Notes under the pieces: model-generated
Seen by the model: only the letters and a program-made list of their open reading frames with translations
The model's database searches: none
Told to the model about the DNA's origin: nothing
Shown: in pieces, positions 29,273-42,686 of the stretch
Layout: each line of letters opens with the position of its first letter
Numbering within the stretch: position 1 is the stretch's first letter
Program-made: the position numbers and the translations under genes
DNA from: Escherichia phage W143
Sequence record: MZ189262.1
DNA length: 64,000 nt
Direction: 5' to 3' (one strand)

Positions 29273-29505
29273 AGTACGCCATACACCCTTTGTGCTTCAA
29301 CTAATCCATCAAAATCCAATTTGAGATGTGTTATTTGGTCACCATCACCTGGATTCACAATTACTAATACTGAACGAGGAGTTTCGGTAATAACACGAAC
29401 CGATGTTTCAGGAAATCGTTCAGAAACTTTATTTACCAATTCCTGAGCAAATAGTTTAACTTTTTCTTGGAATTCTTTAACAGTAATTGGTTTTTCACTT
29501 AGCAT
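29269..29505 (-). CDS. cd.2: hypothetical protein (T4 cd.2 position)
   Basis: 78-aa ORF; early-type promoter upstream. Confidence 0.65.
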   Translation of the reverse strand: MLSEKPITVKEFQEKVKLFAQELVNKVSERFPETSVRVITETPRSVLVIVNPGDGDQITHLKLDFDGLVEAQRVYGVL

Positions 29506-29567
29506 TTCAATTTCCTCATTTGTTTTGGTAGAGCTATAATATCACAACTCTACCGTAAAGTAAACTG

Positions 29568-29843
29568 TTAAATTGCTTTGAATTCTGCTGTCTGCGATTC
29601 AAAACGAATATCGCCTTTGATAACTAACTCAGCATCAAGACCAAATACGACAATGATATGCGCGGAACCTGGATACAGCGTAATTGCAATAGAATCCACC
29701 TGGTCTGGAAGCAAAGCGTTCAATACATGAGTCACTTGAGCGTGGATTCGAAGTTCAGCTGCATTATCAAGCTTTTCAAACATGTTATTAGCGATAATTT
29801 GGCTAAACACTACTTCTACGATTTTAGAGTAAGTCGGAAACAT
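29568..29843 (-). CDS. cd.3: hypothetical protein (T4 cd.3 position)
   Basis: 91-aa ORF. Confidence 0.65.
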   Translation of the reverse strand: MFPTYSKIVEVVFSQIIANNMFEKLDNAAELRIHAQVTHVLNALLPDQVDSIAITLYPGSAHIIVVFGLDAELVIKGDIRFESQTAEFKAI

Positions 29844-29845
29844 AT

Positions 29846-30046
29846 TTACCTCACATAATTTTCTTCAAGCCAATCAATAACATCCAAAGCGTTATCAAAA
29901 ATTGAACCATCTACTTTGTCTTCTGTTTCATAATCAAGAACATCTAAGCCTACTCTTCCATCAACAATAGGCCATAGACAAAATAGGTATTTCTTTTCTT
30001 TTTCAATTTTATCACAAAGACGATAAATCTTTTCTAGATTATTCAT
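29846..30046 (-). CDS. cd.4: hypothetical protein (T4 cd.4 position)
   Basis: 66-aa ORF. Confidence 0.6.
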   Translation of the reverse strand: MNNLEKIYRLCDKIEKEKKYLFCLWPIVDGRVGLDVLDYETEDKVDGSIFDNALDVIDWLEENYVR

Positions 30047-30235
30047 AAGTTTTCCACGGTAAAGGTAGTTTAGTTTTCTTTACTGTTAGTTCAATATCAG
30101 GATTCTTTTCTCTTAATTTAAGGCATTCCTCCCAAGCTCTGATTTCACTAGTGAAAACACAAAATTGCCCATTACTAGTACCAACTAAACCGCTATTTAC
30201 AATAACAATAGACCAAGTTTCATGATGCCAAGCCA

Positions 30236-30236
<1 letters not shown>
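30039..30236 (-). CDS. cd.5: hypothetical protein (T4 cd.5 position)
   Basis: 65-aa ORF. Confidence 0.6.
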
Positions 30237-31436
<1,200 letters not shown>

Positions 31437-31440
<4 letters not shown>

Positions 31441-31673
31441 TTATTTTTCTCAACCAATGATTGAATATAATCATGCAGGTCTTTAGATGCTTTACCCCAC
31501 TTATTTTGGTATTCATTTTTAAGATTAGCACGTGATTGAGCTAATAAAACATCATTAGTTGGAGGTAAAGATTCTAATCGTTGAATCTGGCGTCCATAAA
31601 TCATTGCAGCCATCTCAGATTCATAAATCAATCCTTTGAGATGTTCAAATTGATGCCATGAAATCATTTGCAT
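31437..31673 (-). CDS. hypothetical protein, 78 aa
   Basis: ORF MQMISWHQFEHLKGLIYESEM...; coupled to neighbours. Confidence 0.65.
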
Positions 31674-31963
31674 TTATCCTCTTTTAGCTCTTGACGATAA
31701 TAACATATCATAGTTTTCTGATCATGTACATATCGTTTTACATCATTAAGCCAAATACGAAATTCCTGGGAATCTTCAAATGGCATACCGACCCAAGCTT
31801 TACCATCAATAACTTTAACTTGCCAAGATAGTTTAGCTTCATCATATGACTTTATTTGTACTGGCCAATTAGGATGAACTGTTTCTTTCTTTACTTCTAG
31901 AGGCTTTGTCGAACAACCAACTAGAAGACCAATAGATAATATTACTGCTGATAGTTTAATCAT
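31664..31963 (-). CDS. pseT.2: o-spanin (outer-membrane lipoprotein, Rz1-like)
   Basis: 99 aa; signal peptide with lipobox LLVGC; paired with the upstream i-spanin; T4 symbol from memory. Confidence 0.7.
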   Translation of the reverse strand: MIKLSAVILSIGLLVGCSTKPLEVKKETVHPNWPVQIKSYDEAKLSWQVKVIDGKAWVGMPFEDSQEFRIWLNDVKRYVHDQKTMICYYRQELKEDKCK

Positions 31964-32313
31964 TTAGAAAGGTCCTGGATGTCTTCTGCGAACTTGTTGA
32001 AGGAGTTGTTGATTTGTTTTTCAACCAATCCTGGCTTATGAGCCACCACGTCCGCCTTCTTTGCATCTTTGCGCAGTTTTTCATTTTCACGCTCAATAGC
32101 AGCAATTGCCTCACGATTTTTATTATTCATCGCATCAATATAATTATATTGAATTTTTAAATCATTCAATGCTAAAGCGTTTTCATTGGCCGTTTTTGTA
32201 ATTTCAGTAACCGATGTTTCTAATCTTTCTACCTTATTTTTTAAAATAATAGATGTTCCACCAAATGCTATTACAAGTAATAGCAATCCAGCTGTAAAAT
32301 TACTTACATGCAT
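31960..32313 (-). CDS. pseT.3: i-spanin (inner-membrane, Rz-like)
   Basis: 117 aa; N-terminal transmembrane segment LLLLVIAFGGTSIIL followed by charged coiled-coil; T4 symbol from memory. Confidence 0.7.
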   Translation of the reverse strand: MHVSNFTAGLLLLVIAFGGTSIILKNKVERLETSVTEITKTANENALALNDLKIQYNYIDAMNNKNREAIAAIERENEKLRKDAKKADVVAHKPGLVEKQINNSFNKFAEDIQDLSK

Positions 32314-32810
32314 AAAGTTTTAATAACCTCTACAATATCGTCTTGAGAAAGACCGTTAATTAAAATGTGATGTTCAGCCGGAGATTTAGAAATTTTAAAG
32401 CATGCCTCAACATCTTCTGCCATATCTGACGCGTTACGATTTGGATTACTAATTCCAAGACGATGTTTTCCCGTCAAAGGATTAACGATGATGTAGCATT
32501 TACAATTATTGATATGAACATTAGGTTGAGTCTGATTAATGAACACATCACAATCATATTTCGCAAGCTGATTTTCTAAAAAGACTTTCATCTCCTCAAC
32601 CGCATCAGGAAGCATATCACGGGCTTGCTCAAGACGACGATTTCGATATTCTTTAATGGTCGTTTTCCGCTTGACTTGCTTAGCTAAATCTTTCTTAAGA
32701 TCGGTGATATATCCAACTCGACGATTTCCTTTGAATACAGAAATCCCATCTGTAGTATCACCGTATGCTTCAACGACCATCTCAGTAGTAATAAGCTGCA
32801 AATCCATCAT
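32304..32810 (-). CDS. alc: Alc, host transcription elongation inhibitor
   Basis: 168 aa (MMDLQLITTEMVVEAYGDTTDG...) in T4 alc position and of T4 Alc size; early promoter upstream. Confidence 0.8.
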   Translation of the reverse strand: MMDLQLITTEMVVEAYGDTTDGISVFKGNRRVGYITDLKKDLAKQVKRKTTIKEYRNRRLEQARDMLPDAVEEMKVFLENQLAKYDCDVFINQTQPNVHINNCKCYIIVNPLTGKHRLGISNPNRNASDMAEDVEACFKISKSPAEHHILINGLSQDDIVEVIKTLCM

Positions 32811-32838
32811 AAAGTCCTCATGTTATGTCAGTAAGTCT

Positions 32839-32868
32839 ACTATAACACAACACGAGGGACTTGTAAAC
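32839..32868 (-). promoter_or_regulatory. early promoter GTTTAC-N18-TATAGT for alc
   Basis: -35 GTTTAC (plus 32863-32868) and -10 TATAGT (plus 32839-32844); within a 54-bp block near-identical to 17699-17752. Confidence 0.7.
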
Positions 32869-32871
32869 AGC

Positions 32872-34459
<1,588 letters not shown>

Positions 34460-34488
34460 AATAAAATGGGCCTTGCGGCCCACTCCTT
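34460..34488 (-). promoter_or_regulatory. structured RBS of denA: SD AAGGAG, GC hairpin, A/T spacer, ATG
   Basis: SD AAGGAG (plus 34483-34488, overlapping nrdB stop TAA), hairpin GGGCC-GCAA-GGCCC (34468-34481), then ATTTTATT and ATG 34459; same layout as the gene 38 RBS at 54393-54424. Confidence 0.5.
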
Positions 34489-35665
34489 AAAAGTATTTTT
34501 TAAAACTCATCATAACTTTATCATCAACATCATTATCAATCTGTGCTACAAGGTAAGATGACAGTTCTACTTCTTGCGGCGCGGATTGAACATTATCAGA
34601 ATTAAGGTATTCACGAATCCAAGGATATGGATGTTTAACCGGAGCATCGGTAATTGGGCATGGAAGACCACACTGTTTCATACGAGATACAGTTAAGTAA
34701 TCAATAAAGCTCCACATGCTATTTGTATTTAATCCAGGAACATCGCCATCTTTAAATAAATGAACTGCCCAGTCTTTTTCTTGACGGTTAACTTCCATGA
34801 AAATATCAACTGCTTCTTGTTCACACTCTTGAGCAATTTTAACCCATTCATCACCGTCAGTGCCAAGTTGAAGTTGACGAATAATATATTGAGTGCCTTT
34901 AAGATGAAGTTGCTCATCACGCGCAATGAACTTCATAATCTTGGCATTACCTTCCATGATTTCCATGTTCTTATGGAAGTTAAAGGTACATGCAAAAGAT
35001 ACATAAAAACGAATAGCTTCTAAGGCATTAATAACGTGCAAACAGAGGTAAAGAGATTTCATTAGTGCTCGTTTAGCTTCGGCTTCTTGTTTAATAGCTC
35101 GATTTAAACGAAAAACAGCATCAGGAGATTCTTTAGCTAGTTCTACGAATTCTTTAGCATTTTCCCATTCACGGGTTTTAGTCAGAACATCATCATAATA
35201 GCGACCGATAGATTCAGCACGTTTCATGATAGCTTCATCTAGTACAATCTCATCAAATACCTTCGATGGATCAGTATAAAGATTTCGCATGATATGAGTA
35301 TATGAACGACTGTGAATAGTTTCACTAAAAGTCCATGTAGCAACCCATGTATCAAGACTTGGGTCTGAAATTAATGACATAAGTACAGCAGATGGCGCAC
35401 GACCCTGAATGCTATCTAGAAGTGATTGATACTTCAGATTATTAGTAAAAATATCTTGCTGATATTGAGGAAGCTTGTTAAATTGTGCAGCATCCATCAT
35501 TAAGTTTACTTCTTCAGGACGCCAGAAAAATGACAACTGCTTTTCGGTTAAATCTTCAAAAACTTTATGACGTTGAATATCATAACGCGCAATACCAAGA
35601 CCTGAACCGAAGAACATAGGTTCTTTTAAAACATCAACTGGATTTGTATTAAAAACTGTGCTCAT
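34487..35665 (-). CDS. nrdB: ribonucleotide reductase beta subunit, uninterrupted
   Basis: 392 aa contiguous ORF, MSTVFNTNPVDVLKEPMFFGSG...; no intron. Confidence 0.95.
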   Translation of the reverse strand: MSTVFNTNPVDVLKEPMFFGSGLGIARYDIQRHKVFEDLTEKQLSFFWRPEEVNLMMDAAQFNKLPQYQQDIFTNNLKYQSLLDSIQGRAPSAVLMSLISDPSLDTWVATWTFSETIHSRSYTHIMRNLYTDPSKVFDEIVLDEAIMKRAESIGRYYDDVLTKTREWENAKEFVELAKESPDAVFRLNRAIKQEAEAKRALMKSLYLCLHVINALEAIRFYVSFACTFNFHKNMEIMEGNAKIMKFIARDEQLHLKGTQYIIRQLQLGTDGDEWVKIAQECEQEAVDIFMEVNRQEKDWAVHLFKDGDVPGLNTNSMWSFIDYLTVSRMKQCGLPCPITDAPVKHPYPWIREYLNSDNVQSAPQEVELSSYLVAQIDNDVDDKVMMSFKKYF

Positions 35666-35716
35666 AAATTTTCCGCTTAGTTAATAGATAGTGACTCGTC
35701 CGTGAGTCAAATTATA

Positions 35717-37981
35717 TCATAATTTACAGGATGAACAATCTTCAGCTTTTGGAGTTTCTATTTCGTAATCATCAGTACCGGAACCATCGCGAGTATTATG
35801 ATAATAGAAGTTTTTAATGCCATAATACCATCCGTATAGCATGTCATCAATCATTACAGACATTGGAACCTTTCCTTTTGGAAAAATCTGCGGGTCATAA
35901 TATGTATTCGCTGAAGCTGATTGACATACCCATTTCAGCATAATAGCTACCTGCGTAAGATAAGGTTTATTGCCTTTCTTAGCTAATTTCCACGTATAAT
36001 CATAGAGGTCTATGTTATGCTCAATATTGGGCACGACTTGATTAAAGGAACCCTCTTTTGATTCTTTAACAGAGACTGGTCCACGTGGAGGCTCGATACC
36101 GTTTGTACTGTTAGAAACTTGGGAAGATGACTCACATGGCATAAGTGCTGATAATGTGCTATTACGGATGCCAAAGAGCTTAAGGTCTTCCCGCAGCGAC
36201 GACCAGTCACAAACGTATTTTGGAGCTGCGATTTGGTCAATCTTTTTATTGTACCAGTCGATAGGTAATTCGCCTCGAGACCAACGAGTGTCTGAATAAT
36301 ACTCGCAAGGTCCTTTTTCTTTGGCGAGTTTAATGGATGCTTTAATGAGTCCATACTGTAATCTCTCAAATAGTTCATGTGTTAAATCGTTAGCATCTTC
36401 ATAAGAAGCAAAGTTACTTGCCAGCCAAGCTGCATAGTTAGTAACACCTACGCCAAGGTTTCGACGCTTTTTAGCTTTTTCTGCTTCAGGAACTGGATAT
36501 CCTTGGTAATCCAAAAGATTATCAAGAGCACGAACTTGAACTTCTGCTAATTCATTAATTTTATCTTGGTCTTGCCAATCGAAGTTATCCAACACAAATG
36601 CAGATAACGTGCACAATCCAATTTCAGCATCAGGGCTATTCACATCATTTGTTGGAATAGCAATTTCACAACACAAGTTACTCTGACGAATAGGTGCCTT
36701 TTCACGAATAAACGGAGTATAGTTATTCGTATTATCAATGAACTGTACATAAATCCTTGCTGTTCCTGAGCGTTCAGTCATGAGTAATTCAAACAGTTCA
36801 CGGGCTTTAATACGCTTTTTACGAATATTAGGGTCTTTTTCTGCGGCTTCATATAATTCACGGAAACGGTCTTGGTCTTTAAAATAAGAATAATAAAGCT
36901 CACCACCCATTTCATGTGGACTGAACAAAGTAATGTAGTCGTTCTTTCCAAAACGTTCCATCATCAAATCATTCAGCTGGACGCCATAATCCATATGACG
37001 GATACGGTTTTCTTCTACGCCTTTGTTATTTTTCAAAACGAGAAGATTTTCAACTTCCAAATGCCAAATAGGATAATAAGCAGTAGCAGCGCCGCCACGA
37101 ATTCCACCCTGTGAACATGATTTAACAGCAGTCTGAAAATGTTTCCAAAAAGGAATAACACCAGTATGACGCACTTCACCTGTGCCAATCTTAGAACCTT
37201 CGGCACGAATCATACCAACGTTAATACCAATTCCAGCTCGTTTCGAAATATACTCAACAATTGAAGCAGAAGCCTTATTGATAGACTTCAGCGAATCACC
37301 TGCTTCAATAACGACGCATGAACTAAACTGTCGAGTTGGAGTACGACATCCAGCCATAATAGGAGTTGGCAGTGAAATCTGTCGAGTAGATACTGCTTCA
37401 TAAAAACGAATAACATGTTTTAATCTGTCAACAGGTTCATCTTGATGCAATGCCATTCCAATAGTCATAAATGCAAACTGCGGAGTTTCATAAATTTGAC
37501 CAGTGGTTTTATCTTTAACGAGATATTTTTCTTTTAATTGCATCGCCCCGGAATAAGTAAATTCCATATCCCGCTCGTGCTTAATTTTTGATTCTAAAAA
37601 TGTAATTTCTTCTGCAGAATATTTTGACAACAATTCAGGGTCGTATTTACCTTCATTTACACAGTAAGAAATATGGTCAATAAATGAACGTGGTTCATAC
37701 TGACCGTAAACATGCTTACGAAGAGCAAACATTAAACAGCGTGCAGCTACGTATTGATAATCAGGCTCTTCAACTGAAATAGAATTCGCAGCAGCCTTAA
37801 TTACAATAGTTTGAATGTCATCAGTGGTCATTCCATCACGGAGATATGATTTAATATTTTCATATAATTCATAAGGATCTACAGATGTTCCTTCAGCTGC
37901 CCAAGATAAAACTTTAATAATTTTTTGCGGGTCAAAGCTCTGAGAAACACCACTACTTTTGATAACATTAATTAATTGCAT
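35717..37981 (-). CDS. nrdA: ribonucleotide reductase alpha subunit
   Basis: 754 aa; C-terminal CxxC tail (...EDCSSCKL); matches T4 NrdA. Confidence 0.95.
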   Translation of the reverse strand: MQLINVIKSSGVSQSFDPQKIIKVLSWAAEGTSVDPYELYENIKSYLRDGMTTDDIQTIVIKAAANSISVEEPDYQYVAARCLMFALRKHVYGQYEPRSFIDHISYCVNEGKYDPELLSKYSAEEITFLESKIKHERDMEFTYSGAMQLKEKYLVKDKTTGQIYETPQFAFMTIGMALHQDEPVDRLKHVIRFYEAVSTRQISLPTPIMAGCRTPTRQFSSCVVIEAGDSLKSINKASASIVEYISKRAGIGINVGMIRAEGSKIGTGEVRHTGVIPFWKHFQTAVKSCSQGGIRGGAATAYYPIWHLEVENLLVLKNNKGVEENRIRHMDYGVQLNDLMMERFGKNDYITLFSPHEMGGELYYSYFKDQDRFRELYEAAEKDPNIRKKRIKARELFELLMTERSGTARIYVQFIDNTNNYTPFIREKAPIRQSNLCCEIAIPTNDVNSPDAEIGLCTLSAFVLDNFDWQDQDKINELAEVQVRALDNLLDYQGYPVPEAEKAKKRRNLGVGVTNYAAWLASNFASYEDANDLTHELFERLQYGLIKASIKLAKEKGPCEYYSDTRWSRGELPIDWYNKKIDQIAAPKYVCDWSSLREDLKLFGIRNSTLSALMPCESSSQVSNSTNGIEPPRGPVSVKESKEGSFNQVVPNIEHNIDLYDYTWKLAKKGNKPYLTQVAIMLKWVCQSASANTYYDPQIFPKGKVPMSVMIDDMLYGWYYGIKNFYYHNTRDGSGTDDYEIETPKAEDCSSCKL

Positions 37982-38298
37982 AAGTCCTCAACTTGAAAAT
38001 CGTCTTTAAACAATCGGTTAACTATATGAGCTATTATATCACCATGACACGGCTTTGGTTTACATGTGCATCCTAGCCTCATTCCACGTAAAGGCTCTAA
38101 ATGTGCTTTAGTTATTTCTCCGGATTTAATTCGACGTATAAAATCTTTTTTGAATAATTCAATGGCAGCCTCCCGGCTGCCAGCATCTTTACCGACGTAA
38201 TTTCCCCAAAATGTACCACGGTGAATATTAACATCAAAGTCGGATTTATATTTATTCACTACCTGGCATAGACGGCCCGCGCGGTGATAATTCGTCAT
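37972..38298 (-). CDS. nrdA.1: hypothetical protein (T4 nrdA.1 position), Cys/His cluster
   Basis: 108 aa; segment [12 protein letters not shown] suggests a metal-binding fold. Confidence 0.7.
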   Translation of the reverse strand: MTNYHRAGRLCQVVNKYKSDFDVNIHRGTFWGNYVGKDAGSREAAIELFKKDFIRRIKSGEITKAHLEPLRGMRLGCTCKPKPCHGDIIAHIVNRLFKDDFQVEDLCN

Positions 38299-38515
38299 AT
38301 TGTTTTTCCGTTAAAACAGTAATATCATAGTAACAATCTGAAGAAGTTTTAACTGTAGAAATTTTATTATCAAAATACTCACGAGTCATTTTATGAGTAT
38401 AATATTTTTTGCCATAAATGATAATAGGCTGATTTGGTCCTGGAACTTCTAACTCACTTGGATTAGGAAGTGTAAAAAGAACTACACCTGAAGTATCTTT
38501 AAATCGTAAAATCAT
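38252..38515 (-). CDS. nrdA.2: hypothetical protein (T4 nrdA.2 position)
   Basis: 87-aa ORF. Confidence 0.6.
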   Translation of the reverse strand: MILRFKDTSGVVLFTLPNPSELEVPGPNQPIIIYGKKYYTHKMTREYFDNKISTVKTSSDCYYDITVLTEKQYDELSPRGPSMPGSE

Positions 38516-38538
38516 ATATCCTCACAATTAATAATTAA

Positions 38539-39399
38539 TTACACCGCCATTTTTCCTTTAATAGGAGGGTGTGATTCGTAACCTTTAAGAACGAAATCTT
38601 TAGGCCTGAGTTTAAGAATGTATTCCAATTGTTCCTTAGTAGAAAGATAGCGGAATTTATAAGGCAATCCGCCTATTACCAGTTCACAAAGCTCTTTAGG
38701 TTCACGACGCAAAATTTCTTTACATTGTTCTACGTGATTCATATAGATATGAGTATTACCACCAGAAAATATCAAATCTCCTGGAATAAGATTACACATC
38801 TTAGCTACAATATGAACCAACGCAGCATATGATGCAATGTTGAATGGCAAGCCCAAGAACACGTCAACACTTCTTTGATACCACTGCAAATCCAAATAGC
38901 CATTACGCACATTAAACTGATAAAACATATGACAAGGTGGTAATGCCATATATTTAAGTTCAGCTGGATTCCACGCCGACACAATTTGTCGCCTATCATT
39001 TGGTAGTTTTTTAATACAATCAACAACTTCTATAATTTGGTCTACACCGCCAAAATCACGCCATTGTTTTCCATAAATTGGACCAAGTTCACCGCTATGA
39101 TATCCTAAATCTTTTGCTTGATTTTCGTAATTTTCATCCCAGACTGTTTTGCCTTGAATTAATGAATCATGCTGAATTAATCGTAAATCATTTACGTTAG
39201 TACTTCCTGACAAAAACCATATTAGCTCAGCAATACAAGCTTTCCAGGCGAGCTTCTTAGTCGTTACTGCAGGAAAACCTTTAGTTAAATCCCAGCGTAA
39301 TTTAGTACCGAACAAAGCAATTGTTCCTGTGCCTGTTCGGTCATCGGTTTCATAGCCATTTTCAAAAATGTCTTTAATTAAATCTTGGTATTGTTTCAT
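38539..39399 (-). CDS. td: thymidylate synthase, uninterrupted
   Basis: 286 aa contiguous ORF (MKQYQDLIKDIFENGYETDDRTGTGT...) with active-site region ALPPCHMFYQF; full-length TS without an intron. Confidence 0.97.
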   Translation of the reverse strand: MKQYQDLIKDIFENGYETDDRTGTGTIALFGTKLRWDLTKGFPAVTTKKLAWKACIAELIWFLSGSTNVNDLRLIQHDSLIQGKTVWDENYENQAKDLGYHSGELGPIYGKQWRDFGGVDQIIEVVDCIKKLPNDRRQIVSAWNPAELKYMALPPCHMFYQFNVRNGYLDLQWYQRSVDVFLGLPFNIASYAALVHIVAKMCNLIPGDLIFSGGNTHIYMNHVEQCKEILRREPKELCELVIGGLPYKFRYLSTKEQLEYILKLRPKDFVLKGYESHPPIKGKMAV

Positions 39400-39443
39400 T
39401 TAGTACCTTATATAAATTATAATACATTTTATGAAGCTAATAA

Positions 39444-39791
39444 TCAATACGGTTTAGCATCAAATTTTCTTTCGATTTCAGGAGTGAAATATAATTCTTT
39501 ACCACGTTTGGAAAAACGACCAATAATATGATAATTATTCTCATCAAACGTGATATTGCCAATATCCATAGCTTTCAACCAAATATCGATATTTCTATCC
39601 AGCTTTATATCAAAATTCCAATACGGAGAACTATTACCAAAAATACTACAAGCGGATTCAGTGAAACAACTGCTATAAATTTTGTCTTTAGGAACTACTA
39701 ATTGATAGACGCCTTTAATAAACTGAGGACCCTGCCATTTTGGTTGTTTCGCGTCTTTTTCTAATAGAATAGGGTAATAATTAAAGTTCAT
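39444..39791 (-). CDS. hypothetical protein, 115 aa, between frd and td
   Basis: ORF MNFNYYPILLEKDAKQPKWQGPQFIKGVYQL... from ATG 39791; ORF-track start is GTG at 39803; 20 nt downstream of frd stop. Confidence 0.6.
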   Translation of the reverse strand: MNFNYYPILLEKDAKQPKWQGPQFIKGVYQLVVPKDKIYSSCFTESACSIFGNSSPYWNFDIKLDRNIDIWLKAMDIGNITFDENNYHIIGRFSKRGKELYFTPEIERKFDAKPY

Positions 39792-39811
39792 ATTTTCCGC
39801 CACGCGTTATT

Positions 39812-40638
<827 letters not shown>

Positions 40639-40648
40639 ATTATTTTCC

Positions 40649-40891
40649 TTAAACAGACTTTTTCACAATTTTCCAATCAGCTTTAAACTGTTCAACATCA
40701 GAATGGTAAATCCAAAACCCTGCGCTTTCTCCATCCTCATAAAGAGGGCATCCATCGCATTCATCTTCCCATCCCATATCACGCAAAAGAAGTTCAGCTT
40801 TTTCAACAAGTTCAGAATCTTTACCGATGATATTAAAATACCATTTACCTCTAACTTCTGAATCTTTGATGCTCTGGCGTTGTAATCTCAT
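40649..40891 (-). CDS. frd.2: hypothetical protein (frd.2 region)
   Basis: 80-aa ORF with early promoter GTTTAC-N18-TACTAT upstream. Confidence 0.65.
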   Translation of the reverse strand: MRLQRQSIKDSEVRGKWYFNIIGKDSELVEKAELLLRDMGWEDECDGCPLYEDGESAGFWIYHSDVEQFKADWKIVKKSV

Positions 40892-40916
40892 TTTATTCTC
40901 CTCAGTTGATAGGGTA

Positions 40917-40946
40917 ATAGTATCACACTACTACCCTTCTGTAAAC
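40917..40946 (-). promoter_or_regulatory. early promoter GTTTAC-N18-TACTAT
   Basis: -35 GTTTAC (plus 40941-40946), -10 TACTAT (plus 40917-40922), upstream of ORF starting at 40891. Confidence 0.65.
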
Positions 40947-41311
40947 TACTTTTTGAAAGTTTTTCGTAAAAGTTCAATGATTTCGTCTACATTGTTTTCG
41001 TCAACAATACAGTGAATTTTTGTTACGCCAGAAACCTTGTCTTCAACTTCATCTTTTTCAGAAGTCGGTTCTTTATATTCACGGAAACAATGAAATTCGT
41101 CTTCACAGACGTTAAAGTAAAAATGCTTTCCATTTGCGCATTCAATGTGTTTTATTACTCTAAATCCATCAGCAAAGAAAGCTTCTTTAACTTCAAACCA
41201 TCCGCCATTATCTCGAATAGCTTTAACTATTGATGAATTAGAACGCGGGCGATAATTAATAAATGTATCAATAAGTCTTGGAACAAGTTCATATTTTCTA
41301 CCAATATACAT
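40946..41311 (-). CDS. frd.3: hypothetical protein (frd.3 region)
   Basis: 121-aa ORF. Confidence 0.65.
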   Translation of the reverse strand: MYIGRKYELVPRLIDTFINYRPRSNSSIVKAIRDNGGWFEVKEAFFADGFRVIKHIECANGKHFYFNVCEDEFHCFREYKEPTSEKDEVEDKVSGVTKIHCIVDENNVDEIIELLRKTFKK

Positions 41312-41355
41312 TGTGTTTTCCTCATTTTAATAGGGGCTTGATAGCCCCTTAATAA

Positions 41356-41583
41356 TTACTGCTCAATAAATCCTGTGTAAAATTCTACATCTTCAGCATC
41401 CATACCGTCACAATATTCATTAACCATAAATTGTTTAAGACGATTTAAAGGACCTTCAATAACAACTGAAACATTGCAATTGGGGTCATTTAGTGCGCTT
41501 GTAATACGGAGTTCAGGATAACGATTACGAATAATTTCTTCAATATATTCAAAATCAACAACATCAATATCAATTTTAGCCAT
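41356..41583 (-). CDS. hypothetical acidic protein, 75 aa
   Basis: [25 protein letters not shown]... from ATG 41583 with GAGGA SD 8 nt upstream; ORF-track start at 41604 lacks an RBS. Confidence 0.6.
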   Translation of the reverse strand: MAKIDIDVVDFEYIEEIIRNRYPELRITSALNDPNCNVSVVIEGPLNRLKQFMVNEYCDGMDAEDVEFYTGFIEQ

Positions 41584-41626
41584 GTTATTTTCCTCTTTAA
41601 TCATCAGCAGTATTGCCGATAGTTGT

Positions 41627-41656
41627 ATAGTACCATAAAGCTTTATGCTTGTAAAC
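41627..41656 (-). promoter_or_regulatory. early promoter GTTTAC-N18-TACTAT downstream of the gene 32 terminator
   Basis: -35 GTTTAC (plus 41651-41656), -10 TACTAT (plus 41627-41632). Confidence 0.65.
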
Positions 41657-41671
41657 AGTTTTGTGAAAAAA

Positions 41672-41705
41672 TTTTGAAATAAAAAAGGGGACCTCTAGGG
41701 TCCCC
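41672..41705 (-). terminator. intrinsic terminator after gene 32
   Basis: GGGGACC-TCTA-GGGTCCCC hairpin followed on the minus strand by TTTTTTATTTCAAAATTTTTTC. Confidence 0.8.
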
Positions 41706-41727
41706 AATTAATTAGTAATATAATCTG

Positions 41728-42636
41728 TTAAAGGTCATTCAAAAGGTCATCCAGGTCCGTGTCATCAGCACTAGATGAACTGCCAGAGCTTGAGCTCATA
41801 AAATCATCTTCAGTTTTTGTTTTGAAGTCATCAACATTGAATGCATCCAAATCATCAGCAACTTTATCAGCTTTCTTAGCAGCAGTTGCTGCGGCACCAC
41901 CCATAGCAGCAGTTCCCATAACTTGACTGAACTTAGTGCTCAGTTCTTCAAACGATTTGAATTTATCTTTAGAAGTCATTTCAGAAAGGTCAACCATTTG
42001 TTCGAACAGTTCTTTCTGGAAAGATTCATCATCAATGTTTGGAATCGCAGATTGATTCAGGAATTTAGATTCGTCGTAGTTACTAAAACCAGAAACTTGT
42101 TTAACTTTCAGTACAAAGTTAGCACCTTCCCATGGACAAGTTACATCAACCGGAGTTTCGCCCATTTCAACATCAACTGCAATCATTGCATTGATTTTAT
42201 CCCAGATTTTTTTACCGAAACGGTATTTAAATACTTTACCTTCATTTTCTGGAGCAGCTGGGTCTTTTACTACAAGAATGTTCGCCCAGTAAGAAGTTTT
42301 ACGTTTAACAAGACCGTACTCTTTATTGTCAGTGTTGTACAAATCATTTTTACTGATGTACTGACATACTGGACAAGAATCGTAATCACCGTAGGTAGAT
42401 GAGCATGTTTCAATATACCATTTACCATTTTTCTTGAAACCGTGATTTACAAGAAGTGCGAATGGTGCTTGTTCATCATTTTTAGACGGAAGAAAACGAA
42501 TTACTGCTTGACCGTTACCCGCATTATCGAGTTTCAGTTTCCACTCGCCTTTATCTTCAGAAGAAAAACCACCTTTATTTCCAGCCAGTTTAGCCATTTG
42601 TGCAGCGAGTTCAGCAGTAGATTTACGTTTAAACAT
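41728..42636 (-). CDS. 32: single-stranded DNA-binding protein gp32
   Basis: 302 aa, [22 protein letters not shown]...; Zn-binding Cys/His cluster; acidic C-terminal tail; matches T4 gp32. Confidence 0.97.
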   Translation of the reverse strand: MFKRKSTAELAAQMAKLAGNKGGFSSEDKGEWKLKLDNAGNGQAVIRFLPSKNDEQAPFALLVNHGFKKNGKWYIETCSSTYGDYDSCPVCQYISKNDLYNTDNKEYGLVKRKTSYWANILVVKDPAAPENEGKVFKYRFGKKIWDKINAMIAVDVEMGETPVDVTCPWEGANFVLKVKQVSGFSNYDESKFLNQSAIPNIDDESFQKELFEQMVDLSEMTSKDKFKSFEELSTKFSQVMGTAAMGGAAATAAKKADKVADDLDAFNVDDFKTKTEDDFMSSSSGSSSSADDTDLDDLLNDL

Positions 42637-42686
42637 TTTTATTTCCTTTTTAATTTAATTAACAGTTGGTGCTATGACACTTTACC

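Noticed and set aside
38539-39399. Expected group I intron in td (and in nrdB at 34487-35665)
   Set aside because: Both genes translate as single full-length ORFs with no interruption, so no intron or intron-encoded endonuclease is present.
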